DNA of 64,000 nt from a virus. Made by a program: the position numbers and the translations under genes. The notes below the pieces were generated by a model. The model was given only the letters and a program-made list of their open reading frames with translations. It was not told the origin of the DNA and made no database searches. Of this stretch, positions 49,712-59,170 are shown piece by piece. The stretch is from IMG/VR virus record IMGVR_UViG_3300030202_003733, positions 96,001-160,000 of that record, one strand, 5' to 3'. Numbering within the stretch: position 1 is the first letter of the stretch; the number at the start of each line of letters is the position of its first letter.

Positions 49712-50469
49712 GATAGCTCCTCCAATCCCTTTTTAAGCAGTTCTTCCTCTTTAGGGATTATAGTGTGATATTGCCACACACCTTCCATATAGCTTACTCC
49801 CTTACCTTTAATAGTGTCTGCTATGGTAACGGTGGGCTTGTCGCTAATTTTAAGGGTGTTGGCCAGATCATCAAAATCATGGCCGTTCACCACCCTGGTC
49901 TCAAAGCCAAAACTCTCAAACTTGTCTTTAAGGGGCTCTAGACCAAGCAATTCTTCAGTTTCTCCCAAGATTCCCATTTTATTTCTATCGATTATCAAGT
50001 GGATATTATTAATATTGTGATGAGCAATAAACATAAGACTTTCCCAAACAGATCCTTCGTATAACTCCGCGTCACCTAACAAAACATAAACGTTTTTATC
50101 GTTACCGTATGCTAAGCCCGCAGCATATCCTATTCCGTTTCCAAGTGAACCACCAACAAAACTACATCCGGGGATCGATTGGTCAGCGTGCAGCCTAAGA
50201 ATGCCCTCTGGGGTGCAATATTTTTCTAGTTCTTCCGCTTCGACAAAACCCAGATCAACCAATATCGGGTATACAGCAGGCGAGCCATGCCCCTTGCTAT
50301 AGATAACAACATCTTTGTTGGGGTCAAAATCAGTTTTTTTATCAAAATAAAGCGAAACTAATATATCCACACACGAAAGGCAGCTAGCTAGATGCCCTGC
50401 TCCCGACCTAGTTTTAAACTCAAAAACTCTTCTTCTCACTGATTTTGCTATTGTTTCTAGTTCGCTCAT
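49708..50469 (-). CDS. Transketolase, N-terminal (TPP-binding) subunit
   Basis: GHLASCLS, YSKGHG, GSLGNGIG, LGDAELYEGSVWE...DRN TPP motif, TIKGKGVSYME. Confidence 0.9.
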   Translation of the reverse strand: MSELETIAKSVRRRVFEFKTRSGAGHLASCLSCVDILVSLYFDKKTDFDPNKDVVIYSKGHGSPAVYPILVDLGFVEAEELEKYCTPEGILRLHADQSIPGCSFVGGSLGNGIGYAAGLAYGNDKNVYVLLGDAELYEGSVWESLMFIAHHNINNIHLIIDRNKMGILGETEELLGLEPLKDKFESFGFETRVVNGHDFDDLANTLKISDKPTVTIADTIKGKGVSYMEGVWQYHTIIPKEEELLKKGLEELS

Positions 50470-52013
50470 TAATCCCCCAATATTTTTCTTTTTAATTTTA
50501 TTTTTGTCATTTCCAAAATATCTTCCCTTGCTTTTTTTCCGCTCTTATCTTCTATAAGTTGCAAGAATGGCTCGTATGTATGGTATTTTGTCCAAGCCTC
50601 ATCTCTAAACTTTAATATTTCTGCCGGCGATAAATCCTCCGTTGGAAGAGGCAATGTTTCGTATGAGTGAAAAGAGTAACCAACGTAATCATCGGGAAGG
50701 GCCAGCCCATCATCTAGAGCATCTCTATATAGCCTACTTCCAGGCAATGCCATAGCTGCATACATATTCCAACCTCTAGTACATAATTCCATGCTTAGGT
50801 CTAGTGTTTTCTGCATCGACTCGTGAGTGTCTCCCGGTAGGCCTACTAGGTAATTGGCCATTATGTCTATGTCGGCGTCGTGTACCATATCAATTATGTA
50901 ATTGATATCCACGTCCTTGAATTTGCCCTTAGAGGCCTCCAAACGAACCTTAAGGTCACCACTTTCTATACCAAGGCACAACCATTTAATGCCAGCTTCT
51001 CTTATCAACTTTAGATTCTCGGGTCTTTTCACTGTGTCTACTCTAGAGTAGGCCCACATATTTAGGAATTCCCCATAGCCCCTTTCTTTTATCATATTAC
51101 ACAATGGTACATAATACTTTCTATTTAATAAAAACATTTCATCGCTGATCCTTAGAGTCTTCACACCTAAGGCAACCAATTTATCTATTTCTTTAATAAT
51201 GAGTTCAGGGGACCAAAACCTCATCCCAGAGTAATTTGATGCAACACCAATTGGTTGATTGTCGTTTCTGTTTACCACGTTAATCATACAGAAGGAGCAT
51301 TTAAACATACAGCCAAGAGAGGTGTATATTGCCGCATATGGGGCTCTGTCCTCTTCAATATAATTTGCGTGCCACATAGGAGATCTGTAAAGATCCAGAG
51401 GCTGCTCTTTATATGGTAAAAGATCCCAAGCATACCCAGGTAGGTCTATATCCATCCTGTTCTGGGGCACGGGCCTCTCGGGAGGAGTCAAGAACGGAAC
51501 TCCGTTCTGCTTAAACCCTATACCTTTAATCTTTTCTAGATTCTCATGAGCAAAATTATCACAAGACAATAAACTCCACAGAGCATAGACTCCATCATTG
51601 GTTAGAATCATATCAATGCTATCTTCTTTTTCTAAGGTTTCATAAGGAAGGGCAGACATATGTGAGCCCACAAAACATATTGGGTTTCTCACTCCGTAAT
51701 TCTTTACAGCCTTGGACAACCGAACTGCTCCACTCATGTTCACAGTTCCGGCATTTACATTTTGTCCATAAACAACAAAGCACACAAGCCTGGGGTTCAG
51801 CTTGGCTATCCTTTCGGCACTTTCTTGGTCGCTTAAATTCTCAGCAGTGGTGTCCATAATAGCCACGTTGTAACCCACAGATCTGCACGACTGTGCCAAC
51901 AATAGACACCACGTTGGCGTTTCTATTGCTGAATATTTGTTTGAGAGGCCCTGATATATTTTACCACTGTTATTCGGCCTAACGAATAATACATCTAAGG
52001 TTTTGTTGTTCAA
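50469..52013 (-). CDS. Cobalamin-binding radical SAM enzyme (class B methylase-like); start revised to TTG at 52013
   Basis: N-terminal B12-binding Rossmann (ICFVGSHMSALP); CMFKCSFC CxxxCxxC; GIESG; AGGAG SD site 7 nt before the TTG. Confidence 0.85.
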   Translation of the reverse strand: MNNKTLDVLFVRPNNSGKIYQGLSNKYSAIETPTWCLLLAQSCRSVGYNVAIMDTTAENLSDQESAERIAKLNPRLVCFVVYGQNVNAGTVNMSGAVRLSKAVKNYGVRNPICFVGSHMSALPYETLEKEDSIDMILTNDGVYALWSLLSCDNFAHENLEKIKGIGFKQNGVPFLTPPERPVPQNRMDIDLPGYAWDLLPYKEQPLDLYRSPMWHANYIEEDRAPYAAIYTSLGCMFKCSFCMINVVNRNDNQPIGVASNYSGMRFWSPELIIKEIDKLVALGVKTLRISDEMFLLNRKYYVPLCNMIKERGYGEFLNMWAYSRVDTVKRPENLKLIREAGIKWLCLGIESGDLKVRLEASKGKFKDVDINYIIDMVHDADIDIMANYLVGLPGDTHESMQKTLDLSMELCTRGWNMYAAMALPGSRLYRDALDDGLALPDDYVGYSFHSYETLPLPTEDLSPAEILKFRDEAWTKYHTYEPFLQLIEDKSGKKAREDILEMTKIKLKRKILGD

Positions 52014-52024
52014 AATAAAACTCC

Positions 52025-52954
52025 TTAATAGTTCGCATACCAAGGCGATTCAATAATACTATACGCCTTTATAAGCTGCTCAATACCAACATCAAGATTG
52101 TATTGGCAGTCAAAACCTTTATCATAAAATTTTTGACTGCTCACAATATAATCTCTCTTATCGAGGTCCTGGGTAAACTCTGCGAAAATAACCTCTAGAG
52201 GAACATGTTGTTTAATTTTCTCTGATAACTGTAGTTTGTTCATATTAAGAGCGTCGTTCCCAACATTATAAGTTTCGTTTTTACAGTGCTCCCAATTATC
52301 GATTACAAACTTAAAGGCCCTGCACACGTCGTGCAGGTGAACATAATTTCTCATGTATTTGTGTTCGTATAAAACTAAGATCTTCTCCCTAAGTGCCTTC
52401 AAAACAAAATTATTAACCAATAAATCCGTTCTCATCCTAGAGGATGGCCCATAGACCGTAGCCAGTCTAAAGGTTACATGATTTTCAACATTTTGATATT
52501 CTTCCTCAGCAGCCACTTTGGTCACGCCGTAGAGGGATATTGGTTTGAGGGGAGATTCTTCGGTACAAAATTTGCCGCTCTCTCCTACACCATATCCTGA
52601 GTTGGTGCAGGGGTATATAACCTTTTGGTCACTGCGCTTGTTTTGGGCAATCCAGCGGTTAACCTCGTGGTTTACCTCGGTTGCTTCGCGTGGATTATCT
52701 CTACATAGCGGAAATCCGACTAGGGCAGCGAGTGGAATTATAATGTCCGCTTCTTCAACATATTTTTGTAGATGATTTATATTACGGACATCGCCTTTAA
52801 CAAAAAAGAAGTTTGGGTTAGTCGTATACCGCAACAGGGAATCGGGCCCAAACATAAGCTTATCATAAACGGTGACCTTGTGGCCATCATCAAGAAAATA
52901 TTGGGCGAGTTCGCTGCCGATGTACCCAGCGCCTCCAGTTATCAGTATGTTCAT
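52025..52954 (-). CDS. NAD-dependent epimerase/dehydratase
   Basis: ITGGAGYIGS, LAALVG, YGVTK (YxxxK), FRLATVYG.S.RMR.DLLVN. Confidence 0.9.
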   Translation of the reverse strand: MNILITGGAGYIGSELAQYFLDDGHKVTVYDKLMFGPDSLLRYTTNPNFFFVKGDVRNINHLQKYVEEADIIIPLAALVGFPLCRDNPREATEVNHEVNRWIAQNKRSDQKVIYPCTNSGYGVGESGKFCTEESPLKPISLYGVTKVAAEEEYQNVENHVTFRLATVYGPSSRMRTDLLVNNFVLKALREKILVLYEHKYMRNYVHLHDVCRAFKFVIDNWEHCKNETYNVGNDALNMNKLQLSEKIKQHVPLEVIFAEFTQDLDKRDYIVSSQKFYDKGFDCQYNLDVGIEQLIKAYSIIESPWYANY

Positions 52955-53241
52955 ATGGAGATCCTCCCAAGCAGTATATCTTTAAACATTAACCAATCAC
53001 ATAATTTTGCCTTTAAAGGGGAAGAAAAAGCCGCAGGGGTGTTCTTCTCATAAAAGTAATGACCAGCCCATGCAAATGGGTAAATTATAAATGGTACAAT
53101 AGGTATAAACCACCAATACCATTTATATAGTATTGCAATCGTAAATATTATTGTAACCCATTGCCCCATAAAATGCAAGCGTCTACAATATTTATTTTGG
53201 TGCAAAGATAAATAATACCTATAATATTCTTTAATTGTCAT
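52951..53241 (-). CDS. Mpo1-like (DUF962) small membrane protein (start revised to 53241)
   Basis: YLSLHQNKYCRRLHFMG...FAWAGHYFYEKNTPAAF match the DUF962 His motifs. Confidence 0.8.
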   Translation of the reverse strand: MTIKEYYRYYLSLHQNKYCRRLHFMGQWVTIIFTIAILYKWYWWFIPIVPFIIYPFAWAGHYFYEKNTPAAFSSPLKAKLCDWLMFKDILLGRISI

Positions 53242-53638
53242 CCCAGCTAATCTCCCAATCCTTAAACTCAGCCGCCAGACAATCAATTTTATAATCCTTG
53301 CGACCACCGACAACTTCTTGTATTTTATTTTTTGCCGTGTTGCGTATGCCATTGAGTCCATGGGTTAATTCAAGATTGTTACCATCTTTTATACCTTTTC
53401 TATAGTTTGATTCATTGTGCCATATATGCAAGTTCATTTGTGATAAAACAACGACTGACCTTATGAAGTTTGCATCTATACCTTCCGAGTCAGGAAGAAG
53501 CAAATTAATGTCATGGCATATTTCTTCTATCTCTTTGGCGTATTCCTCTTTGTGGTCTGGTATAAATACCTCTTTGAGTTGCGCGATGGTGAGTCTATCG
53601 ATAAGTTCAGACAAGGTTGGTAAATATTTCCTAAGCAT
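53231..53638 (-). CDS. Helical hypothetical protein, DUF6165-like
   Basis: SELIDRLTIAQLK...NLHIWHNES...NGIRNTAKNKI resembles the 'GELIDKITILEIK...LW..ED..R...K..IN' pattern of glycan-locus proteins. Confidence 0.45.
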   Translation of the reverse strand: MLRKYLPTLSELIDRLTIAQLKEVFIPDHKEEYAKEIEEICHDINLLLPDSEGIDANFIRSVVVLSQMNLHIWHNESNYRKGIKDGNNLELTHGLNGIRNTAKNKIQEVVGGRKDYKIDCLAAEFKDWEISWDDN

Positions 53639-54545
53639 TATCTTGGCCTCCCTGTATAGACGCCATTATCGCGCCAATAACATTGTCATCCAATTGTGTA
53701 TGATTAACAGCTAAATGATAATTTTCTTCCACATATGGAAGCATTTGTTTATATTTTTCAAAAGACAGGCTTTTTAAAATATCATAAAGCTCTGTGGGCG
53801 AATTGAATCTAAGGACACCCTTCTCATTAAAGTAATCACCTAAATTTTCACATCCCCAAAATATAGGGACTGTACCACATCTAAAAGCATCAATAAGGGT
53901 TTCAGTAAAGTAATTATTATTTTTTGCATTCATTACGGTTATACTAAAGCAGTAATCTTTTAAACACAAATATTTATCTTTTTTATCGAACTCTTTAAAT
54001 GCACTTCCCCAAAAATCCACCTCAACCTTATCTTTAATTAAATTTGTTATTATGTGCCTAAGCTGGTGGCCTGGGGCCCAGTTTTTATTTGAAGCTATGT
54101 GGGACAGTAATTTGTTTTTCTGATATAGTTTGGCCTTCTCATCGGATATCCATGTGCTACCAGTTGATATTTTTACATACTTTGGCCCTCTAGCTAGCAG
54201 CCCTTCATCATGAGTTACAATAAGATCAAAATCATCCTCAAGTGATAAAATAAATTTGTACGCAAACGGGTGTATTTGTTTGCATTCATGCAGAAAAGCA
54301 ACTTTGTAATCACTCTCCACTTGTTTTACTAGTGGGGACATAATGTCTTTATCAGTAAAAACAGTTATTCTTTGCTTCTCATCTGGGAGAACTGCTGGGG
54401 ATATGGCGCAGTCCTGCGCCCCTCCGTAGTATTTCCAATTTACACTTGTAGGTGCAATAGCAGCACCAGTGAGACTCCAGTTATCTCCTATTTTATTTAA
54501 CGGCGTCATTAGACTGTCATAAAGAGCAACTTCAACCTTCTCCAT
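53631..54545 (-). CDS. Glycosyltransferase, GT10 (fucosyltransferase)-like
   Basis: YCFSITVMNAKNNNYFTETLIDAFRCGTVPIFWG corresponds to the GT10 motif YKFxLxxENS..xYxTEKxxDA...GxVPIYWG. Confidence 0.7.
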   Translation of the reverse strand: MEKVEVALYDSLMTPLNKIGDNWSLTGAAIAPTSVNWKYYGGAQDCAISPAVLPDEKQRITVFTDKDIMSPLVKQVESDYKVAFLHECKQIHPFAYKFILSLEDDFDLIVTHDEGLLARGPKYVKISTGSTWISDEKAKLYQKNKLLSHIASNKNWAPGHQLRHIITNLIKDKVEVDFWGSAFKEFDKKDKYLCLKDYCFSITVMNAKNNNYFTETLIDAFRCGTVPIFWGCENLGDYFNEKGVLRFNSPTELYDILKSLSFEKYKQMLPYVEENYHLAVNHTQLDDNVIGAIMASIQGGQDNA

Positions 54546-54837
54546 TAAAGAAATCCTCCGTATTTATCGCCTTATCACAAATAAATAAATCATAATGTGG
54601 TTTACCAACCTTTACCTCTGTATGTTTAACTCCCCACTCCACCAATTGGCTCTTGGTTAGCGGTAGATAATCTACCATTGATACAGAACCTCTAGCAGTC
54701 CAGTAAGTAACTGTGTGGCCTTGATCATACAATTTATTCATTTTTTCGATGTTTTCTTTTATCGGAATTGCATCAGCGTAATTTCTTTGCCCTTCATATT
54801 TGCAAATGGTTTCATCTATGTCAACATAATATATCAT
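54532..54837 (-). CDS. HAD-superfamily phosphatase (capsule-biosynthesis type)
   Basis: YVDIDETIC (DxDxT), WTARG, KPHYDLFICDKA. Confidence 0.85.
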   Translation of the reverse strand: MIYYVDIDETICKYEGQRNYADAIPIKENIEKMNKLYDQGHTVTYWTARGSVSMVDYLPLTKSQLVEWGVKHTEVKVGKPHYDLFICDKAINTEDFFNGEG

Positions 54838-55202
54838 TAGTCCCCCTTTAGGATTCTGTAGCTGTCGCTGTCAAAGTGCTGGGTAGAGAATTCGAATAGC
54901 TCCGTGTCCTCTAGGGCCTCCATTTGATGACGCAGGCCTCTAAAAACGTGGAAGTTGTCGCCCTTGGTCAAAACTCTCTCTGCGGCCCTGCTTAAATCGT
55001 CTCCAGTCGAGTATCTCACTAACATTTTACCCGACTGAATATAGAATACTTCATCTTTTAATTTGTGATAGTGCCAAGAACACTTCTTACCTTTTACGAA
55101 ATAAAGAAGTTTACCACAATACTCATCACAATTAACAATCCACTTCTCAAAACCCCAGCCTTTTGGCACAAAATTCATGGGTAGCTGAATATCACTTACC
55201 AT
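54837..55202 (-). CDS. Cupin (mannose-6-phosphate/sugar isomerase-like)
   Basis: KGWGFEKW...CSWHYHKLKDEVFY...GLRHQM cupin metal motifs. Confidence 0.8.
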   Translation of the reverse strand: MVSDIQLPMNFVPKGWGFEKWIVNCDEYCGKLLYFVKGKKCSWHYHKLKDEVFYIQSGKMLVRYSTGDDLSRAAERVLTKGDNFHVFRGLRHQMEALEDTELFEFSTQHFDSDSYRILKGD

Positions 55203-56014
55203 ATTGTTTTACCCCCATCAATTATAAGATTGGTGCCAGTCATATAACTACTCGCGTCAGAGCACAAGAAAGCAATCGCCCCCTTATATTCATCAATATC
55301 TGCCATCCTTCCCATGGGAATAATATTGGATAATTTTTCAACAAAGTCTTCAGGGTGGTTGTTGTATACTCCCGTAGGACTAAGACAATTAACTCTAATC
55401 CCCCTTTTTGCAAAATAAACAGCCAGATATTTAGTCATACCAATAATTGCCCACTTTGCGGCTGAGTATGTGACGGGTTTGACATTTTGCGCCTCCTCGG
55501 CAACACCATCTTTTCTATAGATCCTCTGATCCGGGGCGATAACACCGAGATCGGAAGAAATATTTAAAATTACGCCGCCGCCTGTAGCCAGCATTTTATT
55601 AGCCACCGCTTGAGAACAGAAAAAAGTTCCATTTATGGCGGCGTCAATACCCTCAAACCAATATTCTTTTGTCATTGTTTCAAATCTGCTAGTAGGTGAC
55701 AGGCCATCCTCTTTCTTCACCTTGGGGTCTTTTGCCGCATTATTAATTAATATGTCAATCTTGTCATAACAATCCAAAACTTTTTGGATTGATTCAGGAT
55801 CAGTAACATTCATGTGATGCCAAGTAGCAGAACCATCCCCATACTTTGAGTTTAGGTTATTCGCTTTTTCCAAAGCTCTATCAACATGGTGATCTGTTAT
55901 AATAACATTACCGCCAAATTCAATTATTGCCTCGGCATGCTTTGGGCCTAAAAGCCCGCCTGCGCCGGTTATGAGAGCTGTTTTGCCCTCTAGATTAAAA
56001 ATATCACGCCCCAT
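55196..56014 (-). CDS. SDR oxidoreductase, PtmA-like (start revised to 56014)
   Basis: TGAGGLLG, INNAA, NISSDLG, YSAAK, TKYLAVYF...IRVNCLSP.GV; AGGAGA SD site before 56014. Confidence 0.8.
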   Translation of the reverse strand: MGRDIFNLEGKTALITGAGGLLGPKHAEAIIEFGGNVIITDHHVDRALEKANNLNSKYGDGSATWHHMNVTDPESIQKVLDCYDKIDILINNAAKDPKVKKEDGLSPTSRFETMTKEYWFEGIDAAINGTFFCSQAVANKMLATGGGVILNISSDLGVIAPDQRIYRKDGVAEEAQNVKPVTYSAAKWAIIGMTKYLAVYFAKRGIRVNCLSPTGVYNNHPEDFVEKLSNIIPMGRMADIDEYKGAIAFLCSDASSYMTGTNLIIDGGKTIW

Positions 56015-56780
56015 TATACATCTCCTGTAAAATGTCTCTATGTCTAAGAACAGTGGGGACCTCCTCTCCGGATGGACCCCTAGCTGTTTGTAGAGTATAT
56101 AAGTTGTTATAACCAAGTTCTTTAAGTATGGCAAATATTAACTTAAAATTTGTTTCCCCTTTCCCTGGGGGGTATGACATACTGCCGCCATGTCGGATTC
56201 TATCTTTAAGATGAACATTGTTAATCTTATCAAAAATAAAATCAATATAATTCTCATGATTTACAAACATGCTTGTCATATTACCGGTATCGTAAGTTGC
56301 GTAAAACTTATCCGAGGCTTCAAGAACTTCCATAAGGGGTCGAGCAGCCATTTCTGCCTCAAAAGAAAATTTTAAACTAGGAAATCTGTTCGATATTGAT
56401 AATATATTTTTTTTGAAATACATTCTTAATTCGTCATCCACCAACGAACTTTGCTCTAATAATGGTATAGTAACAAAGTCGATGTCGTGTCTTACGGCAG
56501 CATCGCATATAGGAATAAGATTACTCTCCAAAAAAGGTAGAGTGAAAATTCTTTTATCAACAAGATTGTCAGCACATATTGAACTAATTGGTAAATCTTG
56601 CTTATTAAAATTTAAATTTAATATTGGATTTGTTGAAAAGGAGTTTTTTGTTACAATCCATTCAATATGATTAAAATTATGTTGCTGTAGTAAATCGAAT
56701 TCCCTTCTCCATTGCATAGGGGTGTCTTGGAACCCTTCCAGCGGCGGCGAGAATCTGCCTTGAATAATTCCTAGATCCAT
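56004..56780 (-). CDS. Sugar-phosphate isomerase/epimerase (xylose-isomerase-like TIM barrel)
   Basis: GIIQGRFSP, HIEW, FEAE, YDTGN, NVHLKDR, PGKGETNF, YTLQ. Confidence 0.8.
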   Translation of the reverse strand: MDLGIIQGRFSPPLEGFQDTPMQWRREFDLLQQHNFNHIEWIVTKNSFSTNPILNLNFNKQDLPISSICADNLVDKRIFTLPFLESNLIPICDAAVRHDIDFVTIPLLEQSSLVDDELRMYFKKNILSISNRFPSLKFSFEAEMAARPLMEVLEASDKFYATYDTGNMTSMFVNHENYIDFIFDKINNVHLKDRIRHGGSMSYPPGKGETNFKLIFAILKELGYNNLYTLQTARGPSGEEVPTVLRHRDILQEMYNGA

Positions 56781-57215
56781 TTATAACTCCTCAACAATTT
56801 CTAAAAACACTCCGCCAAGTGCCTTGGGGGTTCGTGTAAAAAACACCTTTACCTTCCCTCCGGGAGGTTCTAGGGGCAAATTTACATTAATACAACCACT
56901 ATTTTGAAGCTGTGTGAACAACTCCTCGGCGTCTGAGACCGTGAACGCTGCGTGGGAGCAACCAAAATCTGTCAGTTTCCAGAAAGATTCTTCAAAAACT
57001 TGAGGCAAATCATAAAACTTTAGCAACTCCAGTAAACCGCCCTTAGAGTCGGCCAATTTAACTGTCCGTACCTTAGCTCCCGGTACACCGAGCATAGTAC
57101 TAATATACGAGCCCTCCTCAAGCATATCCTTTGTTACAACCAAATTAAAATTTTTACTATAAAAATTTATGGATTGGTCGATATCATCTACAACTATACC
57201 AGTGTGTCTAATCAT
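56781..57215 (-). CDS. VOC/glyoxalase-family protein
   Basis: IRHTGIVVDDIDQSINFY...LLELL...SHAAFTV...FLEIVE. Confidence 0.85.
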   Translation of the reverse strand: MIRHTGIVVDDIDQSINFYSKNFNLVVTKDMLEEGSYISTMLGVPGAKVRTVKLADSKGGLLELLKFYDLPQVFEESFWKLTDFGCSHAAFTVSDAEELFTQLQNSGCINVNLPLEPPGGKVKVFFTRTPKALGGVFLEIVEEL

Positions 57216-57918
57216 TTTGTTTACTCACATATGCCAGCAACATAACTTCGTTCGAAAATCTAATAAATTTATTAATTGAGTTAGGTAACCAAGATCTCTT
57301 AAAAGGTCTAAACGGAATAGGAAAAATAGATATAATCTTTGGTATAATTTTTAGTATAGAATTCCTCCAGACAAAAGGCAATTGATAAAAATATTCTACT
57401 TTTACATCTTGAAATCCTGACATTTTCAGGGCCTCTTCTAACGAGTGTCTGGTGAAGGGTGTGACGTGCGTGTGGTCTATGTAAAACGGCCCCCAATAGC
57501 TATGCTCCCAACTTGGTGTCATTATTACAGCTTTACCTCCGGGCAATAAAACTCTGTGTGCCTCACTCATAAGATTCAAGGGGTTGTTCATATGTTCTAT
57601 GACAGATTTACTAAAAACAAAATTTATTGACCCATCCTTAAAAGGTAGTTTATCAATTTCCAAATCAGCCTTGTGTATTTCATAATCACTATCAGCAGGG
57701 CTAATATCTACGCCCATGGCTTCAAATCCTAAATTAGAAAAAACGTTTAAAAATTCACCATCGCCACAGCCAATATCTAAAATTTCTAAACCTAAACCCT
57801 TGGGTCCAAAAAAGTTTTTAGTTAAAAACACACCAAGTTTGCTTGGATAATCAGAGTCTCTTTTTCCGTAAGTGAACTCAAGGTATTTCTTATCTTTTAG
57901 AATATCTTTAGATGCCAT
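57208..57918 (-). CDS. Class I SAM-dependent methyltransferase (start revised to 57918)
   Basis: ILDIGCGDG, GVDIS, FVFSKSVIEH, RVLLPGG, DHTHVTPF. Confidence 0.85.
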   Translation of the reverse strand: MASKDILKDKKYLEFTYGKRDSDYPSKLGVFLTKNFFGPKGLGLEILDIGCGDGEFLNVFSNLGFEAMGVDISPADSDYEIHKADLEIDKLPFKDGSINFVFSKSVIEHMNNPLNLMSEAHRVLLPGGKAVIMTPSWEHSYWGPFYIDHTHVTPFTRHSLEEALKMSGFQDVKVEYFYQLPFVWRNSILKIIPKIISIFPIPFRPFKRSWLPNSINKFIRFSNEVMLLAYVSKQND

Positions 57919-59170
57919 CGTTCTCTTGCTCCAGACATGTTTTAACAACAAGTGCAGATTCAACAATCGCATCCTTTGAAATTGTAAGCGGGGGCCCAAA
58001 TTTGATTGAGTTTCTACCAGTATACACAGGTAGAACGCCGTTTTGAATACATCTCTTGGCTACATTTGTTGCTGTCTCTGTGTCATGAAAAATAACGCCC
58101 GCAACCATCCCACGACAATTTACATCAGCAACAAGTGGTGACTCTAGTAGTTCTTCAAAATAACTTTCAAATACAGGTATTTTGTCTTGTAAATCTTTTT
58201 GAAATTTGTCGCTTGTTAAAAAATTAATATTTGCCAATGAAGCGGCAGAACACAATGCATTTCCAGCATGTGTTCCCCCAACAACTGCTTTTTTATCAAC
58301 ATCTATAATCTCTTTGGTTCCCAGTAAGGCAGACATGGGTAATGAGGAAGATATCCCCTTGGCCAAACATATAAGGTCTGGCTTTATGTCGCTTGTGTAG
58401 GACATGTATCCGTATAGAGTACCCATCCTATAAAAACCAGCCTGTATTTCATCAAAACAAATCAATATACCGTGTTCTTTGGCAAAATCATAAAGGTCAC
58501 GAATATATTGGTCCGGGTACATTAAAGCTCCCCAACCTTGGTATGTTTCAAGAAAAAAAGCAGCTATATCTTTAGGGTCTGGCAGAGCCGTGGGGTCGAA
58601 AACACAGTTTTTAGTCGGAAAGTCTATAAATTTGATACTTTCATCCTTAAAACCACACCACTCAGTTGTGGTTTCATCACCACAAAGTAAATCAGACCCA
58701 AGTGTCCTGCCATGATAGCTACCCCTGAATGATATTGTATATTTTCTATCATTCTTCGCGGCCCAAAATTTAATTAATTTTATTGCTATGTCTGTTACTT
58801 CTGAACCAGAGTTTAACAAAACTGCCTTTTCAAAGTGATCAGGCGATATTTCCAACAATCTATCAATAAAATCTGCCTTAGCTTGGTTGTTATAAAGGAA
58901 GGAAAACCACATATCCTTGTTAAGTTGTTGTTGAATAGCACTTTTGATCTCTGGGTTTGCATGTCCAGCGTTAGCCACAAATATCCCCGCTGTCATATCG
59001 ATGTATTTATTACCGTAAGTGTCCCAGACACTAAAATCTTTAGCTCTTTCCCAATCTATAAGCTGCTGGCTCAGCGCTACTGACTCCCGGTCGCTTTTCT
59101 TTTTTGATAGCGTAGTTGGCGCAAACATCACCTTGCTAAGTATGTCTCTATTATTTGTCTTTATCATCAA
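57908..59170 (-). CDS. Class III PLP-dependent aminotransferase
   Basis: YIDMTAGIFVANAGH, NSGSEV, YHGRT, ICFDEIQAGFYRMG, CLAKGISS, GGTHAGN. Confidence 0.88.
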   Translation of the reverse strand: MMIKTNNRDILSKVMFAPTTLSKKKSDRESVALSQQLIDWERAKDFSVWDTYGNKYIDMTAGIFVANAGHANPEIKSAIQQQLNKDMWFSFLYNNQAKADFIDRLLEISPDHFEKAVLLNSGSEVTDIAIKLIKFWAAKNDRKYTISFRGSYHGRTLGSDLLCGDETTTEWCGFKDESIKFIDFPTKNCVFDPTALPDPKDIAAFFLETYQGWGALMYPDQYIRDLYDFAKEHGILICFDEIQAGFYRMGTLYGYMSYTSDIKPDLICLAKGISSSLPMSALLGTKEIIDVDKKAVVGGTHAGNALCSAASLANINFLTSDKFQKDLQDKIPVFESYFEELLESPLVADVNCRGMVAGVIFHDTETATNVAKRCIQNGVLPVYTGRNSIKFGPPLTISKDAIVESALVVKTCLEQENDGI

